A stretch of 63,982 bases of DNA, counting the filler, from Gonapodya sp. JEL0774 (Eukaryota), in assembly GCA_027604505.1 (NCBI GenBank). It is 10 parts of 10 records of this genome, joined end to end, with 100 filler letters (N's around TTAATTAATTAA, not from the genome) between each part and the next. Parts side by side here need not be neighbours in the genome. Positions count along the whole stretch, not along the records: positions 1 to 6,398 come from JADIIX010000601.1; positions 6,499 to 12,890 come from JADIIX010000602.1; positions 12,991 to 19,379 come from JADIIX010000603.1; 7 more parts are not named here. One strand, 5' to 3'. The number at the start of each line of letters is the position of its first letter. The first letter of the stretch is position 1. Shown one piece after another: positions 1 through 19,131 of the stretch. The position numbers and the translations under genes were made by a program. A model generated the notes under the pieces. It saw only the letters and a list, made by a program, of their open reading frames with translations. It ran no database searches and had not been told where the DNA came from.

Positions 1-2083
1 ACCTTCTATCCTTTTCCTTGATGAACCTACTTCTGGACTTGATAGCGCAACCGCAATGAACACAATGGACTATATCGGATCATTAAGGACTCACTGCATG
101 GTGCTATTGTCGATACACCAACCACGGGAAAATATCCTCAACTTGTTTGATCGTATCATGATACTAAACGCTGGCCAAGTCGTGTATATGGGAACTGTCG
201 AGGGCGCCAACGCTTATTTTAGTTCCATTGGCTACCCAGTTCCTGCGAAAACAAACCCAGCCGACCATTGGATTGATGTGATTGCAATGAGCGACGGAGC
301 CAAGACCAGGATCGCTTCCAAGTATATACTGCCCTCCAGTAAAGATGGATATGAGGAAGAAGACGGGCTGAGCTTTCAAGGTAACACAATCGCTTTAAAC
401 TTACGTCATCTTTATGACGCCATGTGCTCATCTCGGAACTGTTCAAGACGCTCATCTTAAAAGTGTTAAAGGCTTTGCAGGCGGATTTGCACTTACGCTA
501 TTGGAGGAATACCTGACGTTAACACAGATAATCATCAAGGTGTTCATACGGGATCGACTGGAGCTTATTGTTAAAGGTAAGTTATTTTCCTTGATAATGA
601 ACGAGTAGTAATAGTGTCGAAGCAGTATACTGACGAGGTCGATTATTGCATTTTGGCCCGTGGCGTATTGATTTAGTTTTTCAACTACTCATCCTTGCCC
701 CATTTTTCTCGATTCTGTTTTGGCGACTTGATCCAACGAATGTTGATGGATTGAGTTCAATGTACGTAATTAATACTCGTCACTAAGAGTCTCCACGCCG
801 CCAAAATCTTTGATTGCGTAACAAGGGTGGGGTTCCTGTATTTGCTGCAACTCGCACATGGTTTTACGTGCACATATGTGTGTACAACTGTAACTCCAAT
901 TCGACCTCTGATCAGGCGAGAGCGAGGTGAGAAGTATCTCACCAATACATCATGCGGTGTTGAGAGTAACATTTTACGGGACCTGGGTTCTCAGCCGCCT
1001 GCATGTATCGTGAGTTCGTGAGTGCAGTTACTAAGTTCCTCTCCACAAAGGGCCTAACATTGTCACCCACGGTACCTAGGTGCCAGCTCCATCTTCTATG
1101 CGTATACCACTGTTGCGATTCTTTGGTACTGGATTTTCCTGCTTGCCGAAACGCTGTGTTACTGGCCGATTGTGGGGTTCCGCAATCTCCCGCTCGTCGT
1201 CATTCCTTTGTTTCAAGTTGTGTGAGTTCTCGGCATTGCTGGGTGTGATCTGTAAGGACAAAATATGGATTAAACATGCTCCCATGTGTCTCAGCACTTT
1301 CAGTACTTTTCTGGCAGTCGGTCTCGGTGAGTTTCGAAATTGGAGCCTGCATGCACGATGAAAATACCGAGGTTGCTCAGGAGAAATCGAAATCGGCTCA
1401 CAATTACATATCGCTCATTTCTTCAGGTGCCTTCGCCTCGGATGGACTCGCCGGTTTATCGACGGGGACTCAAATATCCTTTATAGCATCTTCTTTCTCG
1501 GGATACTTCGACTCGATGAATAAATTAATACCATGGGCAAAGTGTAGGTGCAAGTTTCACGCCCGCTCGGCAATGATCAGTACAGTGATCGATATGAGTT
1601 CATCCAACTTTGGAAAACACTATACCTTAACAGGGCTTTCTCCCTTACACTTCACTGTAAGAAAGCATTGCAGGTGTTATAACCACGATTTCCATTAAGT
1701 CCGTGTTTGTTTGGATATCAGTTGTGTGAACTCGGCCAATCTCAGTTCGGTTCGGAGTTTCCCCCTGCCGTAGCCGTGGATGATAAGGGGACCATGGTGG
1801 AAGTGTATTCGAAAGTATGCTCTATAACAAACTACTGTGGGTACTTCATAACGCGATGTTACTCAAAGAGCTCGTTGATAATTTTGGACTCAGAGTTACC
1901 TCTTAAATATTACTCCACTAGGGGGCAATTTTGGTGTCGAGTTCGTATTTTGCGTTCTTATATCGGTTAGTGGGCCTTGTTTATCTTGTTTTCAGATGCT
2001 TCACCTCATTTATGGTGTGCGCTATACAGATTGTAGGAGCTTGGATGCTTCATCTAGGAACGCGTATCAAGCACCGAATGTGA
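1..2083 (+). CDS. ABCG (White-type) ABC transporter, 5'-partial, multi-exon
   Basis: PSILFLDEPTSGLDS (Walker B/D-loop), SIHQPR (H-loop) and NPADHWID motifs. Downstream hydrophobic exons follow (e.g. IFYAYTTVAILWYWIFLL; last exon CFTSFMVCAIQIVGAWMLHLGTRIKHRM, stop 2081-2083). Confidence 0.88.
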
Positions 2084-2285
2084 TTACTGTTAAGTCCAGC
2101 CACAGCGATGTAGGCAGATGGGCGGATAGTTACAAAAACACTCTTTTCGATGTATCACGTACATAAACGTTTACACGAATCATCACCGTAGTGAAGGTCG
2201 TCCTCGCATCAGTATACAGGAATCACCTGGGGTGCCGATGTCTGAAAGTCATCGGCCCACCCTCACCTCAACTGCCTTCCCTGCT

Positions 2286-4840
2286 TCACGCCCTCCTCCT
2301 CCCCCCCCTACCCGCCCTCCTCACCGGCATCTCTTCTGGCGCACTCTCCTCACTCTCGTCCTCCGTCCCAGTTGCATCGGTCTCCTCTGCAACCGGCACA
2401 TCTGAATCTTCCTCTTCCGAGGAACAGGCAGCGCTCGTTACGGTGGGCGTGCTCACTTCGGAATGATTGTCGTTGTCCGTGTCGGACGCGGAAGAAGACG
2501 ATGAAGTTGTGTAGGTGAGATGGACACCACGGCGGGAGCGAGAAGAGCGGGGGTAATCGGTCTGGAGTTTTGTTATCGAGCGAGTAAAAGTTGATAGAAG
2601 GAGACGTGAATGTTTGAGGCCCATTCATTCCACACTGGCCCATGATCCTATACTCCGGTAAACTCACCACCTCAAGCTCCTCCTCTTCTTCCTCATCCCC
2701 AGCCACCTCCATTTCCACATCTCCATAGTTCTCACTGTCCCACTCTCCGTGCCCATTACTGCCCACTGGCACGGTGTCCAGTAGATCAAATTCCAAAATG
2801 TCCCTGTGCACGGGATCTTCGTCTTCATCCATCGGTGCGTCTCCCTCGCCAGGCATGGACCGCCATTCATCCTCTTCTTCCAATCCCTCGTGCGCGCTCG
2901 AGTCGTACTCTCCGTCGTGGAGCTGTTCCAGATCCAATGCGTCCCTCGCTATCGCAATGAGCTCCATATCAGAACCCACAGACGACGAGGAGTCGTCATC
3001 GTCATCGTCAGACATCTCGGATTCCTCATCCGAGTTATCTGATTCGGCCCCACTTGCCCCGCTGTCATCATCACTTTCGCTTTGTTCGTCCGCCAGTCCG
3101 TCGTGATCCCCATCAACCCCACCAGCCTCTCCATCCTCCCCAACTTCCTGATCGTCTCCCTCCTCGTCACCGCCCTCCCCACCAGCTCCAAACCTCGCCT
3201 CCAAACCCTCGAGTACCGCCCTCCTCAGCTCCCGCCGCCTCGACTCGGCGGCGTCAGCAAAGAGTCTGAGCAGTCCCTCGCCAGCGTTTCCGGGCTCACC
3301 AGTACCGCTGCCGGTGGGGTTGGCGGGAGCTTGGGGAAGGTCGAAAGCAGAGAAGTCGAAGATGCTGGTGGTGTTTGTGGGCCGCTGCGTGTGCAGACAC
3401 GAGGGTGACAGGGTGAGTACCGGCAGGGTGAATGGGATGGTCCACTTCACCTGTACTCACCTTGGGCCACACCACCTTGCCGTCCTCGCCAATGACGCCA
3501 ACGACTTCGGTATCCCTTATCCGCCACGCCTCCACCTCCCACCCATGCTGCCCATGCACAGCCGCACCGGCCTCGGCCACCGCCTTGACCACCCCCTCTA
3601 ACGCTCTGTTCCTCACTGCGGGCGTCCGCCACGGCAATCGCGCTCTACACGCAGGACACGTTGGTTTCCGTGGAGGTAAGTCCGTGGAGGGGGAGGCGGA
3701 GACGGCGGTGGAGCTGGCGATCCAGGAGTGGACGCAGGGGAGGCAAAAGGTGTGGCCACAGGGAGTCGTGTGGGGGTGGACGACGAGGTCTTGGCAGACG
3801 GGGCATAGGAGGTCTAGTGGGGTCGAGGGAGGGTCCCAAGTTTACGGGAATGATGTTTGGAAAGAGTACGAGCTTAGACTCTCTCCGATGCGTGAAATGC
3901 TACATTTGGGTTCATTTCCAAAGACTCTCCGATCACTCTTTCTCGAGTCGGATTAGGTATATAGTTGCCCCATCTCATTCCATCGTGAGTCTCAGTTTCC
4001 CTACATTTACAAATACTCACCGCCTGCAACCCCTTTAACCACACCCTCCACTGCACCGACCCTGGCTTTCAAATCCTCGAGCTCTTTACCGAGCTCCACT
4101 TCTCTGCCTCTGGCTTCCTCGGCAACCTTTTCTGCAGCTTCCACCCTCTCCCGTAGCACGCCGATTTCCGCAGTAGCATCCGAGTGCCGCTGAGTGAGAC
4201 TGGCCAACTGTCGGTCACGGCGGTGGAGGAGTGGTAGAAGAGTTGCTGGGGTCGTCGAGGAAGGTGGCGAATTGCGGCGATTCGAAGAAGAGCTTGTACC
4301 ACCGACAATGGTGCTGGAACTGAGAACAGGAGAGGAGAGTCGCCGGTCGCGGGAGCGGGAGCGAGAACGAGGCCGCACCACCGAGCGTGCAAGAGTTGCA
4401 GTGATAAGGGGCTCTGTTGTCGTTTGAATGGACGGCTTTGGAGGGCGACGTGCGACTGGCTGCGCCACTTCGATACCATCCACTCTCCAGCCCCCGAAAG
4501 CAAGGGAACCGTCTCGCTCTCGTTCGGCACTGTCGCGATTTCGTGTGCCGCTGCCGCTCCGTTTCTTTTTTGGGTCGGCAGGTCCCAACCGGGCTGATCC
4601 CGTGACCGTCTCACTGAAATCATTTCGGTCTCTCAACGAATCCCGCTCCATGTCATAATCCCGGCCAGATATGTCGCTGTTTCTCTCCAGATGACGTTTT
4701 TTCTTGCGTTCTTTCCTCGTCTCGCCAGATTCGGTTGCCGCTGTTGAAGAGCCTGGATACACGTGAGAGACGTGGCCACCTCCACCCGAATTCGCACTCG
4801 CTCTGGCAGAGGGCGAGCGTGGCCGCACCGCGGAGAGCAT
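2286..4840 (-). CDS. C3HC4 RING-finger E3 ubiquitin ligase with coiled coil and long acidic C-terminal tail, multi-exon
   Basis: An exon at ~3820-3461 reads LLCPVCQDLVVHPHTTPCGHTFCLPCVHSW...PTCPACR. Exon 1 (4840-~4021) ends in a coiled coil followed by a GTGAG donor. The downstream exons are D/E-rich. Confidence 0.8.
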
Positions 4841-5064
4841 CTTCAGCCAGAGTCGTATGGACGGGTGTACGAGAGTGGGACTGGAGGAGCGAGAGAATTC
4901 AGCAATGGAATCAAGTGGGTGGATGTGCCTCAACACAGATGTCAAACACTTCGGTCACGCCTGTTGTCTTCCCATTCTCACGAATTTCAAAATCTTATTT
5001 TTTTATGTGATGTGATCAGAACGTTCTAATGGTGTTTTTGATTCTTGTCTCCCGGATAGACCGG

Positions 5065-6102
5065 CTATACACCGTTCCGGTACTCGTTCCACTTCCCTCC
5101 ATAGTAGGTCAACCCTCCGGCACCTAAGACGGAAAGCATGATCGGGACTGGGGCTCGCGTTCGCAGTGCTCGAGGTGCCATGGCGCCAAGGAGGAGGAGA
5201 GAGGTTCCTGGAGATGTGACCCATGAAGAGACAATTCACGTCAAATTCAACAAGCATTGGTGGTGCCGACCATACAACATGAAACACAAAAGAGAATTTT
5301 CGGGAGTAGATTCGGTTTGAGTCGGCATGTCGCGGTGTAGCAATGGAGTCCAGCCGGGACAAAGGTGTATTTTGTTGACGTATTTAGAGAGAAGGTACGA
5401 TATCCCGAGAGTAGATGTCAAGTTGGGAACATAGAAGGTGGTGATACGGCATAAATGAGCTCTCCGAATTTGCATTGCTCGTTGAGGAGGATGGTGGCAG
5501 TGACAAACCTGCAGCGAGCTCAACCCCGCCGTTCGCATTAGTGTTGATAAGGTATCTGCATGGTATTTCCACACCAGTCGCCATTGTTACCGATTCGTAT
5601 GAGGAGGTTGTCGAAACAGGTTGGAATCGGAATAAAGCATCGGAACTGATGCCAATCATGAATTGAAGGGGATCGGAAATGAACTCACGCCGCGGTCCCG
5701 TACAGCACTCCGACTATTCAGCAAAGCAGAGAAGTCCAGACGATTATTTCGGTTCCCATTCAATCCACGGAGCCGACGAGCGATTCGAGTTCTGGTCAGT
5801 TCGATTTCACACTCAAGGACAACGTTTTGCTGCAAACCATGAACTCACATCCAACTCCCGCCACGAGCGATGGCTTCGATCCGGTCCTCGCATATCCAAC
5901 GAAACCACCCGCGGTAGCTTTTCCGTTCGCGATTGTGCGATTCGCGCGAGGTTTGAAGCAGATATTGACGTTCATGTGCAGAAGCCGATCAGCATCGAAT
6001 GGTAAGGATGGGAAACAGAGAACATAAGGATGAAAGTCTCATTCACTCACTGAGCAAGCTGAGACCAAGCGCGGGGTGGGCGAAGCCGGTGACGGTGGCC
6101 AT
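5065..6102 (-). CDS. TMEM14 family small membrane protein, 5 exons
   Basis: Manual splicing gives MATVTGFAHPALGLSLLTTAGGFVGYARTGSKPSLVAGVGFGVLYGTAAYLINTNANGGVELAAGTSLLLLGAMAPRALRTRAPVPIMLSVLGAGGLTYYGGKWNEYRNGV*. GGxxGYxxTGSxPSLxAG is the TMEM14 signature. Confidence 0.88.
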
Positions 6103-6398
6103 TGTGAGTTGAGAGGGACGATGGTGCTGAGTTTATCGGCGGCTTCCGATACGTCAACCAGGATCAACATAAGGATATTCGGAGTTAATGTTCAAAGATA
6201 TGCGGTAGACAATACAATATACAATTATCAGCGGATGTGATAGTGCGTGCGTGTGCAAATGTAGCAAGTTGCCCCATCGCCTGCTCAGTGCCCGGCACGA
6301 ACAACTTCGCACCGAGAAGGCGGGACGAGTTGCCTAAAGGCTCATCGCAACCTGTGTTTCATGCGGGTCCCATAATCCAAGCCGAGGACACCAAAGAC

Positions 6399-6498
6399 NN
6401 NNNNNNNNNNNNNNNNNNNNNNNNNNNNNNNNNNNNNNNNNNTTAATTAATTAANNNNNNNNNNNNNNNNNNNNNNNNNNNNNNNNNNNNNNNNNNNN
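6399..6498. other. Artificial contig linker (N44-TTAATTAATTAA-N44)
   Basis: Six-frame stop linker. Identical linkers occur at 12891-12990, 19380-19479, 25851-25950, 32308-32407, 38764-38863, 45200-45299, 51622-51721 and 58031-58130. Confidence 0.99.
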
Positions 6499-6749
6499 TA
6501 TCAGGAAAGCTTCCTGTTGCACTTCGCCACACAAGAATGTTGGCAGTTGGGTGCACGGGAACCTTGCCCTTAGTGAACTCCTTCTGCTCGTTTTGAAGCA
6601 ATCGCCGCACACTCAGTGGAAAGTTGAACGGAGGGGCGACTTTTTCTGTTTTGGAAAGTCGAAAGTCTCGAGATTCGGGCTCGTCCAGGGATCCGGGAGA
6701 AGAGCCCAGAGACACGATTGGGTTGAACGTTTTTCAGCGGGACGAAACA

Positions 6750-11905
<5,156 letters not shown>

Positions 11906-12990
11906 CGGAGTGAAAGGGTTTATGAAAGAACTACGCATGGAACGGGGATCGGTGGTTGCGTTGGACTCTGGGCCATTCATTCATCGGTTGTGTCGTCGTA
12001 CGGTGGTATTCGACGTCCTTGATCGTTCGAATTATGTGTTATTCTCGTCAGTCCGCCGGTCATACCGTCTTGCGAAATGTTTGTAGTGAGTAGTACTTCA
12101 GATGTAACCCTAGAATCCTTGTAGGCTAAGGCCTATCAAGAGATTTGCGGTCAAACTCGTCATAATCTACATTCTTCTTACAATCTCGAACGAAGAGGGG
12201 AATTCGAACTCCCTTTCTCACATAATTGGCGGACGTGCACTAATACCATGCGAAGTCTTTTCCTCTTTTCGTTGAATTTCTGATAAATGTCAATAAAGGC
12301 GATTTTGCTTCTTTGTGTGGGACGATGTACCACAATTGTGTCACTTTTCATTCAGCACAGCCATCCTTCAGGATGTTGCAAACCACTTTCATTCGTTCAT
12401 TCCTTCAGACGCTCAGGCAGGAAACCCTCCGACCACCCGACCTCCGCGGTAGTTAGGCATCGTCGGGACGAAAGTCATATGTGGGTTCGCCCACTCAATA
12501 GCTGACCAGGGTCCCTCGTGGTTGCCGTGGTGCAGCTATCCAGGGCGATGTTGAGTGCGTAAGTCGAGCGTTGGGGATGGCGCGGAAGGAGGTGCGACTA
12601 TCCACCTGAGTCACATGGATGGAGGCAAGCCGGATGTTGGCCCGTGAGTTGGTGCTGCGAAGAGTGGTGGGTTCTTGAACTTTGAGCCACGGAGAGATAA
12701 AGACGAAGCCCAAAGAGAACACCAGTACACACAAACAACACAGTGCGAAAGAGAAAGTATCGGGATTGCGTGTCGTTTTTGGAGCACCATGGGGCCCGGC
12801 CTCCCCGCGGCGTGCTCTGGGAGTCGGCTCGTGCCCGGCTGCGAACGGGGCCCCACATTCATCTATTCGCACTCTCGTCGTCGTGGCTATNNNNNNNNNN
12901 NNNNNNNNNNNNNNNNNNNNNNNNNNNNNNNNNNTTAATTAATTAANNNNNNNNNNNNNNNNNNNNNNNNNNNNNNNNNNNNNNNNNNNN

Positions 12991-13347
12991 TCCGGTGGAG
13001 GGATACTGCGAAATAAAATATAGCTCGAACATGTCGTCCGTAATATCACGGTCAATAAGGCGATCCGCCGGTGGTAGAGAGTCCATCGAAGGAAGGACGG
13101 TACCAACAGCTCGCTTCCCAGGTTGGGACTGCGTTTCGGTTTGAGTTACTCTCGCATCGCTGTTTCCCGGATCTTTCCACGATCCAGCGGTGCTCTCTGA
13201 GTGCTCCAATACTGATTCGGGCGGGTTTTGTGAGGTCGCGGGGTACGCAGGAGTTGGAAACGAAAGCTGAAGTTGCGAAGATTGGAACTGAGATTGAGAA
13301 GATACGGCAAACGCAGCTGTGAGAGGTCCAAGATCCGAATGGTACAT
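12991..13347 (-). CDS. Hypothetical protein, 5' fragment cut by contig end
   Basis: Open frame running into the linker (MYHSDLG...DITDDMFELYFISQYPSTG) with no recognisable domain. Confidence 0.3.
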
Positions 13348-13538
13348 CAGAAGAAATATGTGACGTAGTTGGAGTGGGACGAATGGAACGAAAGGCAATC
13401 GTTGAGTCTCTTGATGATCCAATCTGTACCAGCATCAAAACATATATTCGTTTGCTAAAAAAATGCGGGAATATCCTTTTTACATGGCCATTGTGTGGCT
13501 CGATGTCGTCTCCAATATATCTGCAGTGGCAGGAGGAT

Positions 13539-16500
13539 CTATCGGCGTCCACCTTGCTGCCACCCCGCATTGTATCCTGGCGTAGCAACTCCGGCATTTA
13601 CTGGAACTCCATACCCAGGAGTAGCTGCTCCAGCTCCACCCGCTGCCATTCCGTAACCCGGAGTAGAGTACCCAATCGGCATTCCCGCTCCAATCCCCGC
13701 GGATACAGTAGCGCCGTATCCTCCTGTGTAGTTTGCAGGAGTTTGGTATCCTTGGATGCCTGCACGCATTGCTGGGGCACTGCCATATGCAGTGCCGGGT
13801 CGCGGCCCCCCGTATTGGGACATGGGGATGCGTCCGGGAACCCCACCGGTTGTTGGTTGCCGCTTAGGGTTCATTTTGAAGAACCGAAGTAAGTCGTCAA
13901 CGGTAGAGTATTCTCGTTCGCGGAACTTGAATTTCCCTGGAATCAGGTAAACCCGCTATGTCATTTCGAAGAAAAAGGAGCAACATGAGAGCCAAAACGC
14001 AATCCGAACTTCATGCAGATAACCCACTTCGTGCTCAGCAGGACTGTTCATGCTGAACATATACACTAGATAGAAAAATCCAGGAGTGTCCGCGGAACAG
14101 AACCCATATGTGGACCTGTTGGGCTGCCGGATGAGCTGATTCAGCAACTCCTTCTCCACAACCTTGAGCTTCTTATTTTTAAAGAATTTGCTATGCGCAC
14201 GCAGTTCTCGCATCTTGCTAACCATGGGCTCTAGGTAGATGTTGATGAGATGGTCGAGAGACTCGAAAGTCGTCGTGGTGTCCTTGACAGTCCACTGGTC
14301 TTGCCCTCGATTGCTCAAAGAGTGATGAATTCCTGAATGTCAGCAAAACTTCAGACAAAATCTGGCCAGAGACTGATGCCGCGGTACGATAGATTACATG
14401 TCACTCACCAATATGCCAATAGCTGTCCTGATCAAACTTCATCACAGCCACCAGATTTCCGGGTGTCGAGGAAGGCCGCACAACGAGAGTGCCTATCTCC
14501 GTCTTGGCGAGGTAATCCTCGCTCTCTTGCATTCCCCAGTCTCGATGGTAGAAGGGGTGACTCAGATCAGGTCTGGCAAACTCGGCAGCAGCCTTTGCAA
14601 TATCTAAGAAAATCTTTGGTAGTTTAGCACACGTTGAAAATTTGAGGCCGACCACACACACCTCTTTGCTTTTTGCTCTTATCTGCCGTTTCACGATCCT
14701 TATCAAAGCGCGGGTCACGCTGGGGGGTGAACTCCTCCTTCTCCCGGATTGTCACTTCCGTTCTCCACAACTTCTTGTCGAATCCACGGATTCGAGCAAG
14801 AACAGACTGTCCTCGCTGCAACATATCAGCGATTTTCAGATCCATGGGAGCGTTTGGTCCGAATCGGTCCCTCGGCGTCACGCGAGCATCGAGGCCGTTT
14901 TCAAATACGATGATCGCTACCCCACTTTGTCCTTCGTCACGTGGGGGGATGATTCGATCCACGAACGCTGAGACCACCGTGCCAACTTGCCACGTTTCGT
15001 CAGTCTCTCCCGTCAGCATAGTGAAGACCTCCTCGTCGTAGGTGAGCTTCTTCTTCTCTTCCGGCAAATCCTCCGATGACTCATTGAAGAAAGGCTTTCG
15101 GCGTTCCCCATATGGGTCTTGCAGCTCCTTCTTGATGTCCAAAAGCAAAAGTTTCTTTGGTTCTCCGATACGCTTTTCCAGCTCTATGGCGTAGTCGTCC
15201 AACAACAAGTCGTCTAACCGTTTCTGATTTCCGTCTAGAAGCTCTTCCACATGACGAGATGGGTTGTCCTCCTCCTGTTCGTCCATATCATCCGCATCCA
15301 TTGCGTCTGCAGCCATTTTACGAGCAAGATCGTAGTCCTCCAAGTGGATCCGTGTATCGTCCAATACATCCAACGCAATATTACGGGTGAAGTGATGACC
15401 CCGAATACGAATGAAGCTTGCGCAATTGTAAAAGACACGAGCACCGAGGATTTTCACGCCAGTTTCCTCGTCAATGATGAGTTGCTGGCGGGAGATGATC
15501 CGTTGACCGGCCTTGTATATTGAGTAGTGGGCGTGAACACGTTGCCGATATTACCATACCAGCCAAGGCATATGCGCGATTTCGAGATTATTGAACTCAC
15601 CAGCTGCCTCGCTTTCATCAACAAGCCCATTGCTTTCCTCGGGCCTAAACCGCTCACAAACTGCAAGGTGTGCGAAAGGTGGTGAAACCGAATGGCCTGG
15701 TTTACATCCACGCCAACGATTGCGGTGGCGTTCATGAATGCACGAAGGAAGTGCTTGAGGAGAAGTTCTTTGGGAACCTTTCGAAACCAAATTTGCTAGA
15801 CGGGACGCTCAACACACTATGCAAAGTCCATCAACTCACTGCGCTCTGGTGAGGTGAGAACTGTAGCCTACTGATAGAGCCTTCCAAATCAAACAGCGTC
15901 GCGTACGCCATTAGGGGATCCTGAACCATCCTACCCACCGCGACACAGTACCGCACAATCTCGGAATGCTCTGGGAACTCTTGCACGGCCTCCTTGCTCG
16001 TTCTCCATATCCTCGCCACTTCGTCCATCCCGTAAATAACTTCTGGAGCCCCACGCTTCCGCCTATACATCTGTGCGGTATCCTCAACCGCCTTTTGAAT
16101 CTCAGCAAACAGAAAGCGGGTCTTGACGGACTCCCCTGCAACTACAACAACGTCAGGTCTCGTCCGACCAACGAGATCCTTGAAGGTAATCAACTCCTCG
16201 TTCTTCTCCTTGCTATCCACTCCATCCACCTTTCTATCCTGTAAGTGATGCATTCTCATAACTCCTTTCAGCGCGCCATCTGAATTTACTGTCACCACAT
16301 GCGCTGCATCGTTCCTGTTCCCCATGCCCCAGCTCACTACCACAAGGTTCAACCCATTCGAATCCCGCTCATCATCATCGTCATCATCATCCCCACTCGA
16401 TGAACTCCGAGGCTCGAAGGGGGCCCTCATTAATTTCTGCTCTAAGTTCTCTGCGGCCTTTTTGGCAATGTAGAGAGAGCTTTCCGCAAACATTTTTTGC

Positions 16501-19131
16501 CTCAGCCACTTCACTGTATCCCGAATCACCATGTCCAACGCCTCCTCAACAATCTTGTCCCGTTGAACATTCCATGCAGCGGCCAGATCACTCGCACCGT
16601 CAGAGCGAATGTGATACTTGACGGCGTTGAACAGGGCATCCTCGGTGGTTTCCGTCAACCGAATGGTGGCCTTCAGGAGGCCTTCATCTTCACATCTGAC
16701 AATAGCAGCGAATTGACCGTCCGTGAACTCGGAAACTGGCTTGGCTTTGATGTATTTGAAGAACTATCGGTGGATTAATTAGGTCATCAATCACGGTACG
16801 ATGACAAATCAGCGGTCTTGGCAGATTCGAGCGCCTGTGGTCATACACCAAAGACTACCAACTCACATAATTCGGGTCTCTTTCCGTGATAATCGCCTTC
16901 CCCTTGTCCGTGGGCTCAACGTTCACCACTGCGACTTGCTGGAACTGACCGCGAAGAGCGGCGCGGAGCTCCGGTTCTGCTGCAATCTGTTCTGCTATGG
17001 CAGATCTGGCAGCTGGAACAAGCACAAATCAGCAAGTCACCGAGGTGATTCAAGCTCAAATAAAGCGCGGTTGCACCGCATACCCACCCGCCATCACCAC
17101 CTCTGCCCTGGAGAACCTAGACTTCGGTTTCGTAAACCTTTCGAAAAACTCTAGGGGCGTCGCGGGCTCCTCCTCCGGGTAATGCCTTTTTACGTTCTGT
17201 GAGTTCACCAGAGCATCGTACACACCGGACAAGAATCGCCGCAGTTCGACGTGAAACCCGGCTGCAGCGTCAACCATTCCTGCGGCTCGGAGGTTTTGGA
17301 ACCGAGAGAGGGATCTTTTGGTGTCCCCGCCGGGCCGGGTCGCCGTGGCTGAAGGATCTTCGGCTCTACCAGCCTTTGCTTCCTCCTCACCCCGTGTGAT
17401 CTCTTCCCCATAGTGCATACGGATATATCTGCGTATGTCCTCCGCAGCCACCGCCGAGTCCACTTTCTCCTCAATTTTCTCAATAACTGGGTCTTCGGAA
17501 GCGCGATAACTCCACTTGCGCGCTTGTTCAACGAGCGGTATCAGCGCCTGGGACTGTGCGTCGACCTGCTGGAAGTCTTCGTCCATTTCGGAGATCTTCC
17601 ACAGATCCGACGGTTCCAGATGTCCGACCCAGTGATCCTTCCGGAACGATATGATGAACGGAACCTCGAGCAGGTTGCGCTCCTCGTCCCGCATGAATTG
17701 CAACACCTTCTTTATGGCGGTTTGGGACTCGGGAGTAATGTACTTGGTGTTTCTGAGCTCGTGGGCCATCTTGTATGATATGTACACACCCTCCCGGTGG
17801 ATCTCTGATTCGGAGGATGTGATGGTGTAGGTCCCTCTCTCGTTGCGGAGTTGATACCGTTCAGGAATATCGGTAGAACGAATAATTTCATCAGCTTCGG
17901 TAAGGAGCTTTTCAGCAATGACGGTGGGTTCCCAAATCTTTCAGAGTAGAGAATAAGTGGAGAACCGGTGTTTGGTTCGACGTATCAAAACCTTCGCTTT
18001 GTGGACGCACTCACCTCGGACAACTTTGCCGGTCCTGTCTTCATTCCTGCTCCTTCTCGTCCCAGTTCCTCTTCATCATCATCATCCTCGAACCGCGACG
18101 GCCTTGACGACCTGGCTGCGGCCGCATCTGCATGCTTCGTCTCTGGCACGACGGCATAGTCACTGGCATCAAACATTTCGAGCCAATCCTCACTTGCTCC
18201 AGCATTTTCACGCGCATGAGCCCTTTGGCGATTCCGGGCCCGCTCAGCCTTGCGGGCACGTTTTGTCTCTTCGTCCAGTTCCTCACCACCCGGCTCGTCA
18301 TCCTCGATGAAATCGTCTATAGACTCGCCAGAGTCGTCGGCAAGGTCGTACTCTATAGGTTGTCCCCGTTTCCCTGCGTCCCGTTCAAACATTCCGGCGA
18401 GGTCATCATCGTCGTCGTAATCGTCTCGTCGTTCCTTCCCCCGATCCTCTGCCATGGCGTTGTCTTCGTCATCTTCATCGTCGATTCGGTTTCGACGGAG
18501 ACGTTTGAGTTTTCGGGATTGCAGACCCGTATTTTCACGGATGAGGTCCAAGTCTTCCTCTTCTACATCCGAGGCGTCTGTGTGTAATCAGGAGGGTGTG
18601 GGTCATCGAACTCCGCCAGAAGAAGCATAACAGTTTAGAGTCACTCACCGTCATCTGATACATCCCGCTTGCGCTTCTGTCCTTCGTCCTCTTCGCCACT
18701 GTCCGGCTCGTCGACAATGAACCCTTCAAACTCCTTCCTAGGAAACGCAAACAGGGATGAGCATCACGAGACCAGTACAGTCCAGAGACTTCCAAGCTTA
18801 CTGTGCGGCTTCCACATCTTCTATTTCCGACTCCTCGTCTGACTCTTCGTCGCTGTAGACTGTTGCGAGCAGATATGATTGGTTTTACCGCATTGAAACA
18901 GAATAACTGGAGGTCATTCACAAGAAAAGCACCACAAGAAGGCCCCCCATTCAAACGCTCGAAAAGCTCACGGTGCGGGTTCTTGCTGGACGGTCTTGCT
19001 GTGTCCTCCCCTTCTTCATCGCTGCCCGCATTGTCCCTCTCCTTCTTGCGCTTCTTCTTCTTTTCCGGGTCTTTGGGGGACCGGGACTGTTGGGGACTCG
19101 ATATTTGTGGTTGAGAGTCTTGGGAATCCAT
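13539..19131 (-). CDS. SPT6: Transcription elongation factor / histone chaperone Spt6, multi-exon
   Basis: Acidic N-terminus (EFEGFIVDE, SIDDFIEDDE), LEVPFIISFRKD, YqgF-like region, LQFVSGLGPRKA, LDDTRIHLEDYDLARKMAADAMD, S1 domain, tandem SH2 (VVRPSS) and a G/P/Y-rich tail. Confidence 0.96.

Noticed and set aside
12191..12263. tRNA-like element on the minus strand (GGGAGTTCGAATTCCCC T-arm-like hairpin)
   Set aside because: Mismatched acceptor stem, no proper A box and an irregular anticodon loop. tRNAscan-SE would be needed to support it.
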